A DNA stretch of 64,000 bases. Origin: a virus. Taxonomy: Duplodnaviria; Caudoviricetes. The stretch is taken from positions 236,446-300,445 of the IMG/VR virus record IMGVR_UViG_3300028805_000037. One strand, 5' to 3'. Shown piece after piece: positions 48,801 through 59,764 of this stretch. The notes below the pieces were generated by a model, which saw only the letters and a program-made list of their open reading frames with translations, ran no database searches and was not told the origin of the DNA. Both the position numbers and the translations under genes were made by a program. Each line of letters opens with the position of its first letter. The stretch's first letter is position 1.

Positions 48801-50822
48801 ATGTCACAAACAAAGATTAATAAAAATCGTTTAAGAAATACCTTTGTTGAAACAGTAAACTTTAAAGAACCCGATGCTAGCGGTAATGTATTAATAACAC
48901 AAGTAGCTACGGCAGAGAACTTAGTTTCACCAGACAATATTAATGATACTGCATATATATTATTTAGGACAGCGGGTGGAACAAAAAGTATAAGTGACGG
49001 ACCTGCAACATTAATGAAAATAGCAGGTAATGTAGTAAATCCGAGAAGAAGTCCAAACGATATAGATACAGAACATAGTGAAACACAAAGAATAACGGCA
49101 ACTGTAGATGCAACTTTATTCGGTGCATTAAGTTTTGTAAACAATACAAGTGGAACATATAGATTAAGTTGTAATAATGTAAATGATACACCAACTTGGC
49201 AGCATGATAATAATGGTACATTAATAGATGTAGATTTAGAAACTGCTGGTATAACTTTAAGTAGTACTGCAGTTGTTAACGATACAATGGAAATTGTATA
49301 CAATTATAGTGATATTGAAGGTGAAGAAAGTTATGCAATAGCTACATATAATGCAGTAGACAGATTAACAATAGCAGTAGATGAAATTATATTTGCACAA
49401 AAAGTAAATGAAACTTTTGGCGTATATACATTCTTACGTCAAGGTACTATATGGATGATTAATGATTCTGTAGTAAATATAAGTGAATATGGTATCACAA
49501 TTACAGGAACAGCACAAACAGGAGATACAATTACAGTAACATATAATGGTGATATGCAAGTTGCAACACCTACAAGTTTTCAAGCAAGTGGCTTTAACCA
49601 ATTTAATCCTGCTAATGTATTAAGTGGATACACAATAAACGAAAATGGAGAAATTGTTGCAAGTGCTGGTAGTTATGTTGCATATATACATGCAGTTGGT
49701 GGACTTGAAAATAATTACGGTAACAGACATGGTGATTATACAATATACGATGACAATACAACAGGAACGTTGGTAAGAGTTGGATATAGTGCAACAATAC
49801 CTACAACATCAAGTACTGTTACATTAAGTGGTAGTGATGGAATAGAAGTAGTAAATGATACATCAATATTACCCGCAAACAAGTTACAATGGATAACATT
49901 CCCAAAAGATGGTTATATATGTGTAGCATTAACAGACATAACAAAGTTATGTGTACATCCTACTTGGAGTAATTATAAAGACCAAGATTATGCAGAATAT
50001 GTTGCACCGAGTGTAATTAATATACCAACAACTGGTTATGATATTTCAGATCCTACACAAACACAAGTATCTTTAAATTGTGCAAACTATTTTGGTAAAG
50101 TAGGTAATGTATTTGATGAAATATTCTTAGAAGATAATAGATATGTAAATAGAATAGGAAGATATACATATAGTGCAGAAAATTTAGCAACAGTAGAAGA
50201 ACTTGGTGTAGATTATATTTATGATAGTAATTATATTTATTATGTATTGCCTACACCGATAACTTATGTAGTAGATATACCAAACAATGGACAGTATATA
50301 GCAAATGACTTTGGTACAGAAGAGTTTGTAGGAACAATAGTAGCAGTACTTGCAAATACATTGTATGGTAATAACTTGGTAGATAAGTTAAGAACGGATG
50401 TATTAACGAAATCTGCACAAAGTTTAAGCCAAGATCAGAAAGAGCAAGTATGGAGAAATTTAGGAACTTTACCACTATACAATTACTCTAAAACAATACA
50501 ATCTAATGCTTTACTTGTAATAGCACTTGAAGAAGTTTATACATTTTATGACTTAAAACCTGAAACAAATATTACAAGTATAACAATTGATGATAGTCAA
50601 CTATTAGAAAAAGAAAATGCTTGGTACACATTCTATTTGCATGTTAATATGGATAATCCTACAACTACTGTTTATGATATAGATTGGAATTCAAATCCGA
50701 ATATCACTTGGGGAAATACAAGTCCGACAATGACAGCAGGATGTCATTATTTATTTAGTTTTACTAAACCTAAAGGAAGTAGTGTTTGGGTAGGAAATCA
50801 ATGCTATACTTGGATGGAATAA
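48801..50822 (+). CDS. Tail fibre/receptor-cassette long subunit 2
   Basis: AQSLSQDQKEQVWRNLG fibre motif; C-terminal ITWG..P....YLFSF domain. Confidence 0.65.
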   Translation: MSQTKINKNRLRNTFVETVNFKEPDASGNVLITQVATAENLVSPDNINDTAYILFRTAGGTKSISDGPATLMKIAGNVVNPRRSPNDIDTEHSETQRITATVDATLFGALSFVNNTSGTYRLSCNNVNDTPTWQHDNNGTLIDVDLETAGITLSSTAVVNDTMEIVYNYSDIEGEESYAIATYNAVDRLTIAVDEIIFAQKVNETFGVYTFLRQGTIWMINDSVVNISEYGITITGTAQTGDTITVTYNGDMQVATPTSFQASGFNQFNPANVLSGYTINENGEIVASAGSYVAYIHAVGGLENNYGNRHGDYTIYDDNTTGTLVRVGYSATIPTTSSTVTLSGSDGIEVVNDTSILPANKLQWITFPKDGYICVALTDITKLCVHPTWSNYKDQDYAEYVAPSVINIPTTGYDISDPTQTQVSLNCANYFGKVGNVFDEIFLEDNRYVNRIGRYTYSAENLATVEELGVDYIYDSNYIYYVLPTPITYVVDIPNNGQYIANDFGTEEFVGTIVAVLANTLYGNNLVDKLRTDVLTKSAQSLSQDQKEQVWRNLGTLPLYNYSKTIQSNALLVIALEEVYTFYDLKPETNITSITIDDSQLLEKENAWYTFYLHVNMDNPTTTVYDIDWNSNPNITWGNTSPTMTAGCHYLFSFTKPKGSSVWVGNQCYTWME

Positions 50823-50841
50823 TAAAGGAGGACTATAGAAA

Positions 50842-53800
50842 ATGTTAACACCACAAGCTGGAATTCAGGTTGATCGTTTTTACCCACCTACAGATTGGCA
50901 ATATAGTTTTCCTGAAGGGTATACAAGGTTGGAGTATTTGCAGAGTAGTGGGACACAGTATATAGATACTGGGTATGTGCCAAATGTTGATGATATTATC
51001 GAAACCGATATACAACAATTAGGAGCAGATATTGGAACAGGGGATAAATTCTTTTTCGGTCAACAAAACATAGATAGTTCAAAAGGTGGATTATGGGTAG
51101 AACAACACGGACGTAATAATGCCTGGTATGTAAGATTTGGCTCTACAAGTTCCGTTTCTGCTGATCCAACAAATCAAGAAAAAACAGACAAAATACACTT
51201 AACTTTACAAAAAGAAAGTTTTGTGTCAAGTGGAGGAACGACATTAAGCCCTTCTTGGTCTGGAACAATGCAAACTACAAATTTAACATTATTTGGTAGG
51301 TTTTCTTCAAATGGAACAACGATAGTAACTTCAATAATTAAAATGTGGAATTTTAAAGTTACAAGAAATGGAGAAGTTAAATTAAATCTTATTCCTGTTC
51401 TTCGCAAATCCGACAATGAGTTAGGTATGTTAGACTTAGCAAACGTTGATGCAAGTGGTAATTATGTATTTTATGTTAATAAAGGCACTGGTGAATTTGT
51501 TATGGGACCTGAACTTTACACCAACAAATCCCAAATAGATATTCGTCAGAAGAATAATTTGAACTTTGGTAAAAACTATAAGTTCAACACAAACAATGAA
51601 CTAACTTGGGCTAATCCGAATTTGTATTTAACTGGTAAGGTTAATTATACAAAGGTTGGAAATCCCACGATAACGGATAATGTTGTTAGTGAATTTAGCG
51701 ACAGTAATTATATAGAATTACAACAACCATTTATTTTAAATGTCAATACTATTTCAGAAATTATAATAAAAATTAATTTTAATAATGAAAGTTCAGGCCA
51801 AGTTTTTTTAGGACATCCTAACACTTATGGAATACAAATGATTAGAAGTTCCGGTGATAGTAAAATTCATTTATATTTAGGAAATAATAATAGTTGGAGT
51901 TTAATAAATAATGCAGTAGGAACAACGGTTTTATCTTCTTTAACAAACTATTATATTAAAGTAGTTTTTAACAAAGGTAATGTGCAAGTTTTATTGTCAA
52001 CAGATAAAATAAATTGGACAACTGAAATTAACAGAAATATAACTTTGACACAAGAATATAGTTATATTATAGATTTTGGTAAAGGTAGAGCAAGTAACCA
52101 ATATCTTAAAGGTTCCATAGACCTCAAAGAAACATACATAAAAGTAAATGATAAGTTATGGTTTTACGGTAAAAACTATACAAGTGAAAACTATGCACCA
52201 GTACCTGCAGGGTTGAACTACAACAATACAACAACCCCAAGTATAGGTTACGTAAATACACAAACACAAGAATTTATACCTGCACCAACGGATGGAATAA
52301 AATATTCACAAACTCGTGACATTAAGGTAATACCACCTGAAGATAATACCATTACTTTGTTGTATGGTGTTAAAAGTAATTTTAGTAAATATTCTTTATT
52401 CGGTTTAATAGCAAATGTTTCAAGTGGAACTTATGATATTTATATTGATGATGTATTATATGCAACAACTGCAAGTGAAACACAAACAGATATAGACTTT
52501 AGTACATTAGGTGCTGAATATGTAAGTATAGGAACTTGCACAACACCTGAAGAGTTAGTATTACATAAAATTGTGATTAAGCCAACAAACAATGGAGAAA
52601 CGATAACGAGATTTGCTTGTAGAAGAACAACAGGTGCAACAGGAACACAACAACAAGGAATATTATGGGCAAATTTGCAACTAGAAAACAACTTAACATT
52701 AGGTAATTGTTTTGGTACAGAAACAGCATATAACAATAGAATTTTATATGCTGTAACTGCTAAAAATAATAAGATAACAGTAACTAGTACAAGTACAAAT
52801 ACTACTGGTTTATATTCAATATATGCAAGATGTGCTAGTTTAGTATATTCACCAATATTAGAATATAGTACTAAAGATTATATAAATGGAGTATATCTAT
52901 CTTTTGACCAAACAAAATTAAAAAGAATAACAATAAAAAATAATCCTAGTATAGATATGACAATAATTAGGAATGCTCAACAATTAGAAAAAATAGACAT
53001 AGAAAATCCAATAAGTTTAAGAAGTAATACTGCATCAGGAAATAGTGCACAAAATGCTTATAAATTAGAATTATTTCCTAAATATGAAACTGAAACACGA
53101 ATCTGTGATAATATTAATATGTATGACACAACATCTTTATATCCAACAAAAATAAATGACAGTACAAATAAATTAAGAGAATTTTTAAGAATGTACGGTT
53201 CTTCAACTTATCCAATGCGAGGTCTTCGTGGTTTAAAGGTAAGTAACGAAGCACCATTTAGTGGTACATCTCCACAAATCAACGTTTCCTACACAGGACT
53301 TGACAGGGATGCACTTGTAGAGTTGTTTAATTTTCTACCTGATGTTTCAGAAGCAACAGATGGAATAACAAGAACATTAAGTTGCGTAGCAGCGACAGGA
53401 AACAATTTAACTGTAGTAGGTAGTCCGACGATTGATGCTAATGGCGTTGCAAGTGGGTTTAGTAGTAATGATTATTTGAACATAGTAGGAAATATAAATT
53501 TATCATCTAATTTTAAAATTCAAATAAAAATTACACCATCTTCAGTTACAACTGGTAGTAAGAAATTTTTATCAATATTTTATACTAATTCTATTTATTT
53601 AGATTTTTATACTTCTGGAACAACCCCAAGAATAGATTGTCAATATAGTGGTGGAGCATATTGGACAGAAATTGCAACAAATTTATCTTATGACATACCT
53701 ATTGTTATAACTATCAAAGGAAATGGAACAAATTTAAACATTGATATAAATCAAAACAATGTTACACAAACAGGCACAAAAACATTGCAGAAATTAGGAA

Positions 53801-53985
53801 TAAGTGATATAAATGCTACTGTTTATTTAGGTAGAGGACATACTACATCTTTGCCTATGGTTAATGGCACTATTGACCTTGAAAACACATATATCAAAGT
53901 AGATAACAACTACCTAATGAAAGGCTACCTTACTGATAACGATAGACTAATAGCAACGAATAAAGGTTGGACAATTACAGGATAA
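50842..53985 (+). CDS. Large lectin-like repeat virion protein
   Basis: YTRLEYLQSSGTQYIDTG; VG.PTI...SGFSS.DY repeats; IATNKGWTI C-terminus. Confidence 0.65.
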   Translation: MLTPQAGIQVDRFYPPTDWQYSFPEGYTRLEYLQSSGTQYIDTGYVPNVDDIIETDIQQLGADIGTGDKFFFGQQNIDSSKGGLWVEQHGRNNAWYVRFGSTSSVSADPTNQEKTDKIHLTLQKESFVSSGGTTLSPSWSGTMQTTNLTLFGRFSSNGTTIVTSIIKMWNFKVTRNGEVKLNLIPVLRKSDNELGMLDLANVDASGNYVFYVNKGTGEFVMGPELYTNKSQIDIRQKNNLNFGKNYKFNTNNELTWANPNLYLTGKVNYTKVGNPTITDNVVSEFSDSNYIELQQPFILNVNTISEIIIKINFNNESSGQVFLGHPNTYGIQMIRSSGDSKIHLYLGNNNSWSLINNAVGTTVLSSLTNYYIKVVFNKGNVQVLLSTDKINWTTEINRNITLTQEYSYIIDFGKGRASNQYLKGSIDLKETYIKVNDKLWFYGKNYTSENYAPVPAGLNYNNTTTPSIGYVNTQTQEFIPAPTDGIKYSQTRDIKVIPPEDNTITLLYGVKSNFSKYSLFGLIANVSSGTYDIYIDDVLYATTASETQTDIDFSTLGAEYVSIGTCTTPEELVLHKIVIKPTNNGETITRFACRRTTGATGTQQQGILWANLQLENNLTLGNCFGTETAYNNRILYAVTAKNNKITVTSTSTNTTGLYSIYARCASLVYSPILEYSTKDYINGVYLSFDQTKLKRITIKNNPSIDMTIIRNAQQLEKIDIENPISLRSNTASGNSAQNAYKLELFPKYETETRICDNINMYDTTSLYPTKINDSTNKLREFLRMYGSSTYPMRGLRGLKVSNEAPFSGTSPQINVSYTGLDRDALVELFNFLPDVSEATDGITRTLSCVAATGNNLTVVGSPTIDANGVASGFSSNDYLNIVGNINLSSNFKIQIKITPSSVTTGSKKFLSIFYTNSIYLDFYTSGTTPRIDCQYSGGAYWTEIATNLSYDIPIVITIKGNGTNLNIDINQNNVTQTGTKTLQKLGISDINATVYLGRGHTTSLPMVNGTIDLENTYIKVDNNYLMKGYLTDNDRLIATNKGWTITG

Positions 53986-54071
53986 TGAAAGAGCTTGAAG
54001 ATCGACAAAGTCATCCTTATTAAAAGAATTGGAATTTGGTTTAACAAAAAATATAAAAATGGAGTAAAATA

Positions 54072-57000
54072 ATGGCTATTAAAACAACTGATAAACAACA
54101 AATTCATGTTGTAACTGATGCGAATTTTAATCATAATAAACTTATCAATGCAAAAATTGATGCTAAGGAAAATGAAATAACCAATTTACCTAGTGGAGGT
54201 AATGTTGATGATGTTAAGGTTAATAATACATCTGTAGTAGAAAATAAGATTGCAAGTATTAATTTAAAAACTATAAATCGTCAAAGCATTGTAGGTTCTG
54301 GTAATATAGATGTAGAGGGTGGTGGTTCAAATTTAAACGAGTTTGTTATCACGCAAGAAATATTTGATGAATATAAAAATGAAAACAATTATGCAGATTT
54401 AGCAGATATTATTGATAGTGAAGAAATTACACAGAAAGTAATAAACTTAAATAATTTTAATTATTTCTTAAATAATTTAATAATTTCTAATAAAGATTTA
54501 ACATTTAAGAATGGTAATATTATACTTGACTCTAATGGAGTTGATGGAACATGTGATAAAGCTATTACAGCATCAGGGTGTAATATAGAATTTAAAGATT
54601 GTCAAATAAGTTCTGTTAATTGTATAGGGAATACAAATGCTTTAATAGATATAAATAATACAAATCTAACATTTAATAATGTAATAGCAGATGATATAAA
54701 TTTTAGTGTTACTAAAACATTTATACAAACTACTAATGCTTGTAATATAAAAATAAATGATAGTGATATAGAATTAAAAAATAATGATGCTAGTGAAGAT
54801 GAACCAGAAAATATAATAACTCTTATAAAAGTATTAAATGATAATAGTAATATAAAAATTAATAATTCAATAATAAAAATAAACAAAACTAATAATCAGT
54901 TAAGATATTTTCAGCACAAAATAGTATCTACTGCAACGAACACAGATGTTGCAATAAAGATAAATAATTCTTATTTAGAAATAGAAGATAATTGGGATTT
55001 ACCACATACTCCTAAAGAATATGAGTTATCTAATATTTTTGATGTTAATTTAGATAATATTAATATAGATATAATTAATAGTTGTATAAATAATCAATCA
55101 TTATTAAGATTAGAATCTAAATATATGTTCCAACAAGGTAATACATATACTACTGATGATCCTTATTGTATTAATATTTATAATGATATAAAAATAAGAG
55201 GACATTATACCGAAGATGAAGAATATATTTTTGAAGAAATAAATGTTGATAAAGATACTTTTCTTTCAATAGTTGATTATGCAGAAGGAGAATATATTTT
55301 TGTATATGATGGAACTAACTGGATTTTAAATGATGAAATAGTGAATCTTGAAGATTATGGTATAACTTATATATTAGTAGATGGTGCAGAATTATATGAT
55401 GGAGTAGAAATACAAGTATATTATAATAAAGGTTATGAAGCATATGATATATTAAAAAATTTTACAGCAGATAGTGATGATATAGAAAATTATACTAAAA
55501 TAATTAAAGACACGATAATAGATGACACAGTTCCTGGTATAGAATTTATAAGAGTAGAAAATGAAGAACACTATATTAATACTATAAATGATATTTTAGA
55601 AGAAAACGATTATCCTACAGATGATACATATTATGAAGAGTATACTTATAATAATGATGAGTGGCATTTAAAACTTTATCGTATTGTAAATGAAACTGAA
55701 GATGTTGTTATACAAGATGAAGTAGTTGATTTAAACGAATTTGGTGATGCTATACAAATAGGATTAAATGATGAAACACCTGATTTAGTAAATGGAATGA
55801 AATTTACTGTAGTTTCACAAAATCCTTATTTAGAAAAAAGAGAATTACATATAAATAAATGTTATAATTCTGTTCTTGCACAAGATACTTCTGATGGATA
55901 TAAATTTTTAGATTATTTTATAAATGTAAATAATGATACTGTTGGCGAAACTAGTGTTTTTGGTATTCATAGAATAGATAGTAAAATTATTAATACTGGT
56001 GAAATCAATGCAGATAATGTAAATGCCGATATGTTAACTATTAATGAAGAAGAAGGAGATTATTTTTTACCTATACATAATGAAAATTTAGAAAGTAATA
56101 ATGTTAAAGATGCTATTAATGAATTAGCCAATAGAGAAATTTCAACTAATAATTTATTTGACATAAAAACAATGTCAGAGCCAATGACACAAAAAGGTTG
56201 GAGTTGTATTTCTTATCCGACACAAAATAAATTAGATAAAGCAGGTGTTCCTACAGCTTATAATTTTTTAAAAGATAAATTGGATAATGTTGACGCAAAT
56301 ATTGAGGGTTGGCAAACTTGGAGTTCTTCTTATCAAGTTGGTTCTTTGCGTGCATATATAATGAACGATACATATTGTTTAGTCTTTTTTCAAGGACATA
56401 TTTATAAAGCACCTATCATTAGTATTGGAACTACTTCTACTTGGGAAATAATAACTATTAATGATAATACATCTTTTATTTATGACGAAAAATGTTTGGT
56501 TAAAATAGTAGGTGATTTAGTTTTCTTTAACATAAGAACAGATAAATCATACCTTATTATTCTAAATAAAAATACTTTTGAAGTTGTAAAAATTATTGAT
56601 ACAGGTTTAATAGATGATAATTGGTTTTCTTTTGTATCATTAATAAATGGTGTTGTATATTATGGTATTAATAATAGAACTTATAAATTTAATTATACAA
56701 CTAACGGTAATGATATAAATCCCGAATTAATTAGAAGTGATTTGAATATTATGGGTATTTTTAAATATTCAGGTGGCTATTATTATTTTTATATTAATGC
56801 TGACAATTGGTGTTATGTAGCAAAAACAACAGATTTATCCGGAACTTATACACAAATAGCAAGTTTTGGTTTTTCGGGTTGGACTCGTTTTAGCAAAAAT
56901 GCTATTGCTAGTAATCCCGTTCAGTTTGATAATAATGGCAATCTTTATTTAATAGACGGAAGTATAAAAGTTGCAAAAAATATTAAAAGTTGGAACGGAA

Positions 57001-57827
57001 CAGCACAATGGGAAACTATATCTAATTTTACCGGTGAATTTCAATATTTTTATCAAAATCCTATCTATTCTTGCTTTGCTTTTAAAACAACCTCTAAATT
57101 TATTGGTTTATATTCAAGAAATGGAATTAGTTTAAATTATTTATATGAAATAGATATACCAACAGGAATTGTTCCAACTATACAATCAATAGATACTAAT
57201 GGTGAGTTTGGTTGTTATGGTTGGTCAGCAAATGCTGTTCCTACTTTTAAATTTTCAGCACCTCACGCTGTTCCTATTATTTACACTGACACAATAAACG
57301 GTATTGATATAAAATATTACAAAAATGGCGATTGGAAAATATGCACTCCCGATATTGCTGTTGGAAATGATGATAATTTACAAGCTGTTTATGAGTATTT
57401 AGGATACTTAAACTATTGGTGGATAGATACTACTAATGAGCAGATAACTTTACAAAGAAACTCAAATCTATGGACTATGATGTATGTTGGAGATGATTAT
57501 ATTGGTGATGAGTTGCCAAGCGGAAATTATTTGCCGAACAAAACAGTTGCCGAAATAATAGAAATTGATACAGCCTCAATAACAATAGCTAATATACAGC
57601 CAAACAAAAACTATGTGTTTACCAATAATGATATTACGGATATAACAATTACAGCTTGTGAAACTTCTTTTGAAGAAACTACAATACAATTTACAACGGG
57701 AAATTCTGCTCCGACACTTACTGATAATAGTGGTTTGGTTTGGTTTGGTGGAATACCAACATTATTGCCAAATACAACTTATGTGATTGTAATATTTAAC
57801 AAACAAGCATTTTATCAAGAAAATTAA
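54072..57827 (+). CDS. Tail spike/fibre long subunit 3 with beta-helix-like region
   Basis: LKTINRQSIVGSGNI fibre motif; I.I.NS.I repeats; C-terminal domain shared with 44420. Confidence 0.65.
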   Translation: MAIKTTDKQQIHVVTDANFNHNKLINAKIDAKENEITNLPSGGNVDDVKVNNTSVVENKIASINLKTINRQSIVGSGNIDVEGGGSNLNEFVITQEIFDEYKNENNYADLADIIDSEEITQKVINLNNFNYFLNNLIISNKDLTFKNGNIILDSNGVDGTCDKAITASGCNIEFKDCQISSVNCIGNTNALIDINNTNLTFNNVIADDINFSVTKTFIQTTNACNIKINDSDIELKNNDASEDEPENIITLIKVLNDNSNIKINNSIIKINKTNNQLRYFQHKIVSTATNTDVAIKINNSYLEIEDNWDLPHTPKEYELSNIFDVNLDNINIDIINSCINNQSLLRLESKYMFQQGNTYTTDDPYCINIYNDIKIRGHYTEDEEYIFEEINVDKDTFLSIVDYAEGEYIFVYDGTNWILNDEIVNLEDYGITYILVDGAELYDGVEIQVYYNKGYEAYDILKNFTADSDDIENYTKIIKDTIIDDTVPGIEFIRVENEEHYINTINDILEENDYPTDDTYYEEYTYNNDEWHLKLYRIVNETEDVVIQDEVVDLNEFGDAIQIGLNDETPDLVNGMKFTVVSQNPYLEKRELHINKCYNSVLAQDTSDGYKFLDYFINVNNDTVGETSVFGIHRIDSKIINTGEINADNVNADMLTINEEEGDYFLPIHNENLESNNVKDAINELANREISTNNLFDIKTMSEPMTQKGWSCISYPTQNKLDKAGVPTAYNFLKDKLDNVDANIEGWQTWSSSYQVGSLRAYIMNDTYCLVFFQGHIYKAPIISIGTTSTWEIITINDNTSFIYDEKCLVKIVGDLVFFNIRTDKSYLIILNKNTFEVVKIIDTGLIDDNWFSFVSLINGVVYYGINNRTYKFNYTTNGNDINPELIRSDLNIMGIFKYSGGYYYFYINADNWCYVAKTTDLSGTYTQIASFGFSGWTRFSKNAIASNPVQFDNNGNLYLIDGSIKVAKNIKSWNGTAQWETISNFTGEFQYFYQNPIYSCFAFKTTSKFIGLYSRNGISLNYLYEIDIPTGIVPTIQSIDTNGEFGCYGWSANAVPTFKFSAPHAVPIIYTDTINGIDIKYYKNGDWKICTPDIAVGNDDNLQAVYEYLGYLNYWWIDTTNEQITLQRNSNLWTMMYVGDDYIGDELPSGNYLPNKTVAEIIEIDTASITIANIQPNKNYVFTNNDITDITITACETSFEETTIQFTTGNSAPTLTDNSGLVWFGGIPTLLPNTTYVIVIFNKQAFYQEN

Positions 57828-57839
57828 GGAGCTAAAAAT

Positions 57840-58475
57840 ATGAGCAAACTTTTAGCTATGATGATGAATAAAAAACTTAATCCAATTTTTAGTATAGTTG
57901 GAAATCCAACAATAACAAAAGATTTTATTTATAAAGATGTAGGAGTAAATGATTATATCTATATAAATGAAATATTACCTTTATCAACAGCAAATACTTG
58001 GAAAATTCAAACTAAATTTATTTACAAGAGAAACACAAATAATCCGTATGCAAGTTGCCCAATAATTGCATACTATGGTGATAATTCAAATGATGGTAAA
58101 TCACCAGTCTTGAGAATAGAGGGTGATGGAGATGGAGATGGTCAGCTGGATAGATTAAGAGTATTAATATCTTCTGTTGGTAATAGTAATTGGAATATTA
58201 ATGTTACAACATCTAACTATTACTTTATTATTGATAATGAATATTATATAGAATATGGATTTGATGGATATATGTATTATGTAAAAGACCTATATACTAA
58301 TACTAATATATGGACTACAACTAATTCAAGCAAATGCGAGTGTTCCAATTATATAGCATTATTTCACAATGGATATATTACCAGTTGGGGATATGAATTA
58401 TGTGGAGGTGAAATGGATATGAAAAAATTTAAAGTATTTATAAACGATGAATTATATTTAAAAGGTGTAATATAA
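57840..58475 (+). CDS. Lectin-like receptor-binding subunit
   Basis: FSIVGNPTI...YI motif shared with 46691 and 50842. Confidence 0.6.
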   Translation: MSKLLAMMMNKKLNPIFSIVGNPTITKDFIYKDVGVNDYIYINEILPLSTANTWKIQTKFIYKRNTNNPYASCPIIAYYGDNSNDGKSPVLRIEGDGDGDGQLDRLRVLISSVGNSNWNINVTTSNYYFIIDNEYYIEYGFDGYMYYVKDLYTNTNIWTTTNSSKCECSNYIALFHNGYITSWGYELCGGEMDMKKFKVFINDELYLKGVI

Positions 58476-58489
58476 TTTGAGGAGGAACA

Positions 58490-58882
58490 GTGTACGGAAA
58501 AATAATTGACGGAAATTTAGTTTTTGCTGGAAACATAATAAAGACTGATAAAGGGTTTATTTCTAATCCTACAACAAAACAGTTAGTTGCTAATGAATAT
58601 AAAGAAATTAAATATACTGAGAAACCTGAATATGACAAAGAAGAAGAAAAATTGCAAGAAGTATATACTGACGGAGATAAGATAACAGTTAGCTATGAAA
58701 AAGTAGCACTTACTGATATAGAAAAATTGGAAATTAAAAAACAAAAAGTAGTTAGTTTGGAACAACAATATAATATGTGTAGGTATCAAAGAGAATTAAT
58801 ACTTTCTGAAAATAGCGGTGCAAGTCAATATGCTAAAGATAAAGCTCAAGAAATTGAAAATATTGCAAAGGATTTAAGATAA
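58490..58882 (+). CDS. Small tail-cassette protein (paralog of 48354)
   Basis: MYGKIIDGNLVFAGNIIKTDKG; GGAGG SD, GTG start. Confidence 0.7.
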   Translation: MYGKIIDGNLVFAGNIIKTDKGFISNPTTKQLVANEYKEIKYTEKPEYDKEEEKLQEVYTDGDKITVSYEKVALTDIEKLEIKKQKVVSLEQQYNMCRYQRELILSENSGASQYAKDKAQEIENIAKDLR

Positions 58883-59022
58883 TAAATAAAAATATAGAAA
58901 CAGGATATTATGATTAATCAAGGTAGGTTAAACATATATGTTATATTTTATAATGATTGGAATAATGATAATAATATGTTGGTATTTGAATAATAAATTA
59001 AATAAATTTTAAGGAGTGAAAT

Positions 59023-59313
59023 ATGGCAATACATATAGGTGATGATACAGATGCTTTTGGATTTAGTTTTCTAACTATAAATTTAGAAAATGCATCTGAA
59101 TATGTTATTACAAAAGCAGAAGTTAGAATAGGACCTGTAAAAAAGATATTTAATAATCCAGTATTTCCTTTGGAAGTTTCTTTGAATCAACAAGAGACAG
59201 ATAAGCTAAATGAGTATAAAAATGATTGTTATATGGCAGTATATGATGAAAATAACAAAAAGTATACTTGTGAAGGAACTTTAACATTTAAAGCAAGTCC
59301 AAAGGTGGTATAA
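59023..59313 (+). CDS. Baseplate/structural Ig-like protein (BppU-like)
   Basis: IHIGDD...beta-rich pattern; AGGAG SD. Confidence 0.45.
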   Translation: MAIHIGDDTDAFGFSFLTINLENASEYVITKAEVRIGPVKKIFNNPVFPLEVSLNQQETDKLNEYKNDCYMAVYDENNKKYTCEGTLTFKASPKVV

Positions 59314-59315
59314 TT

Positions 59316-59513
59316 ATGTCAAATCATTTTATAGCAGATTTTAATTTAGAGAGACCTAATCAACAAAACGTAAATTTTAAATTACAAGAAAATACTGTTA
59401 ATGCAGATTTTAATATTACAGCAACAAATTCAATGAATATTACTTTTGGTATAGCACAAGCCAATAAAGATAAATATTTTGTTTTTGAACATAGAGCATC
59501 TAGTAATATTTAA
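59316..59513 (+). CDS. Hypothetical protein
   Basis: ORF track. Confidence 0.5.
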   Translation: MSNHFIADFNLERPNQQNVNFKLQENTVNADFNITATNSMNITFGIAQANKDKYFVFEHRASSNI

Positions 59514-59534
59514 ATTTAAAATGGCGGTAGTAAA

Positions 59535-59762
59535 ATGTTTAAAGAATTATTTAAGAAATTGTTGTTTGAAATTGTAGGAGTAATTTTAGTTGTAGCATTA
59601 GCTTATGGTATTGTTTTTGTTACAGGTTGGTTAACTAAAACAGAGTATTTAGGTACAGCAGTATTAGCAATAGTATATTTTTATTGCAGCCCTATAATTA
59701 ATCCATATATTAATGAATTAAGAAAAAAGATAGTAAAAAATATTGGTAAAGAGGAAAAATAA
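59535..59762 (+). CDS. Two-TM membrane protein (holin-like)
   Basis: Two hydrophobic helices, basic C-tail; late-motif variant at 59507-59521. Confidence 0.5.
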   Translation: MFKELFKKLLFEIVGVILVVALAYGIVFVTGWLTKTEYLGTAVLAIVYFYCSPIINPYINELRKKIVKNIGKEEK

Positions 59763-59764
59763 TT

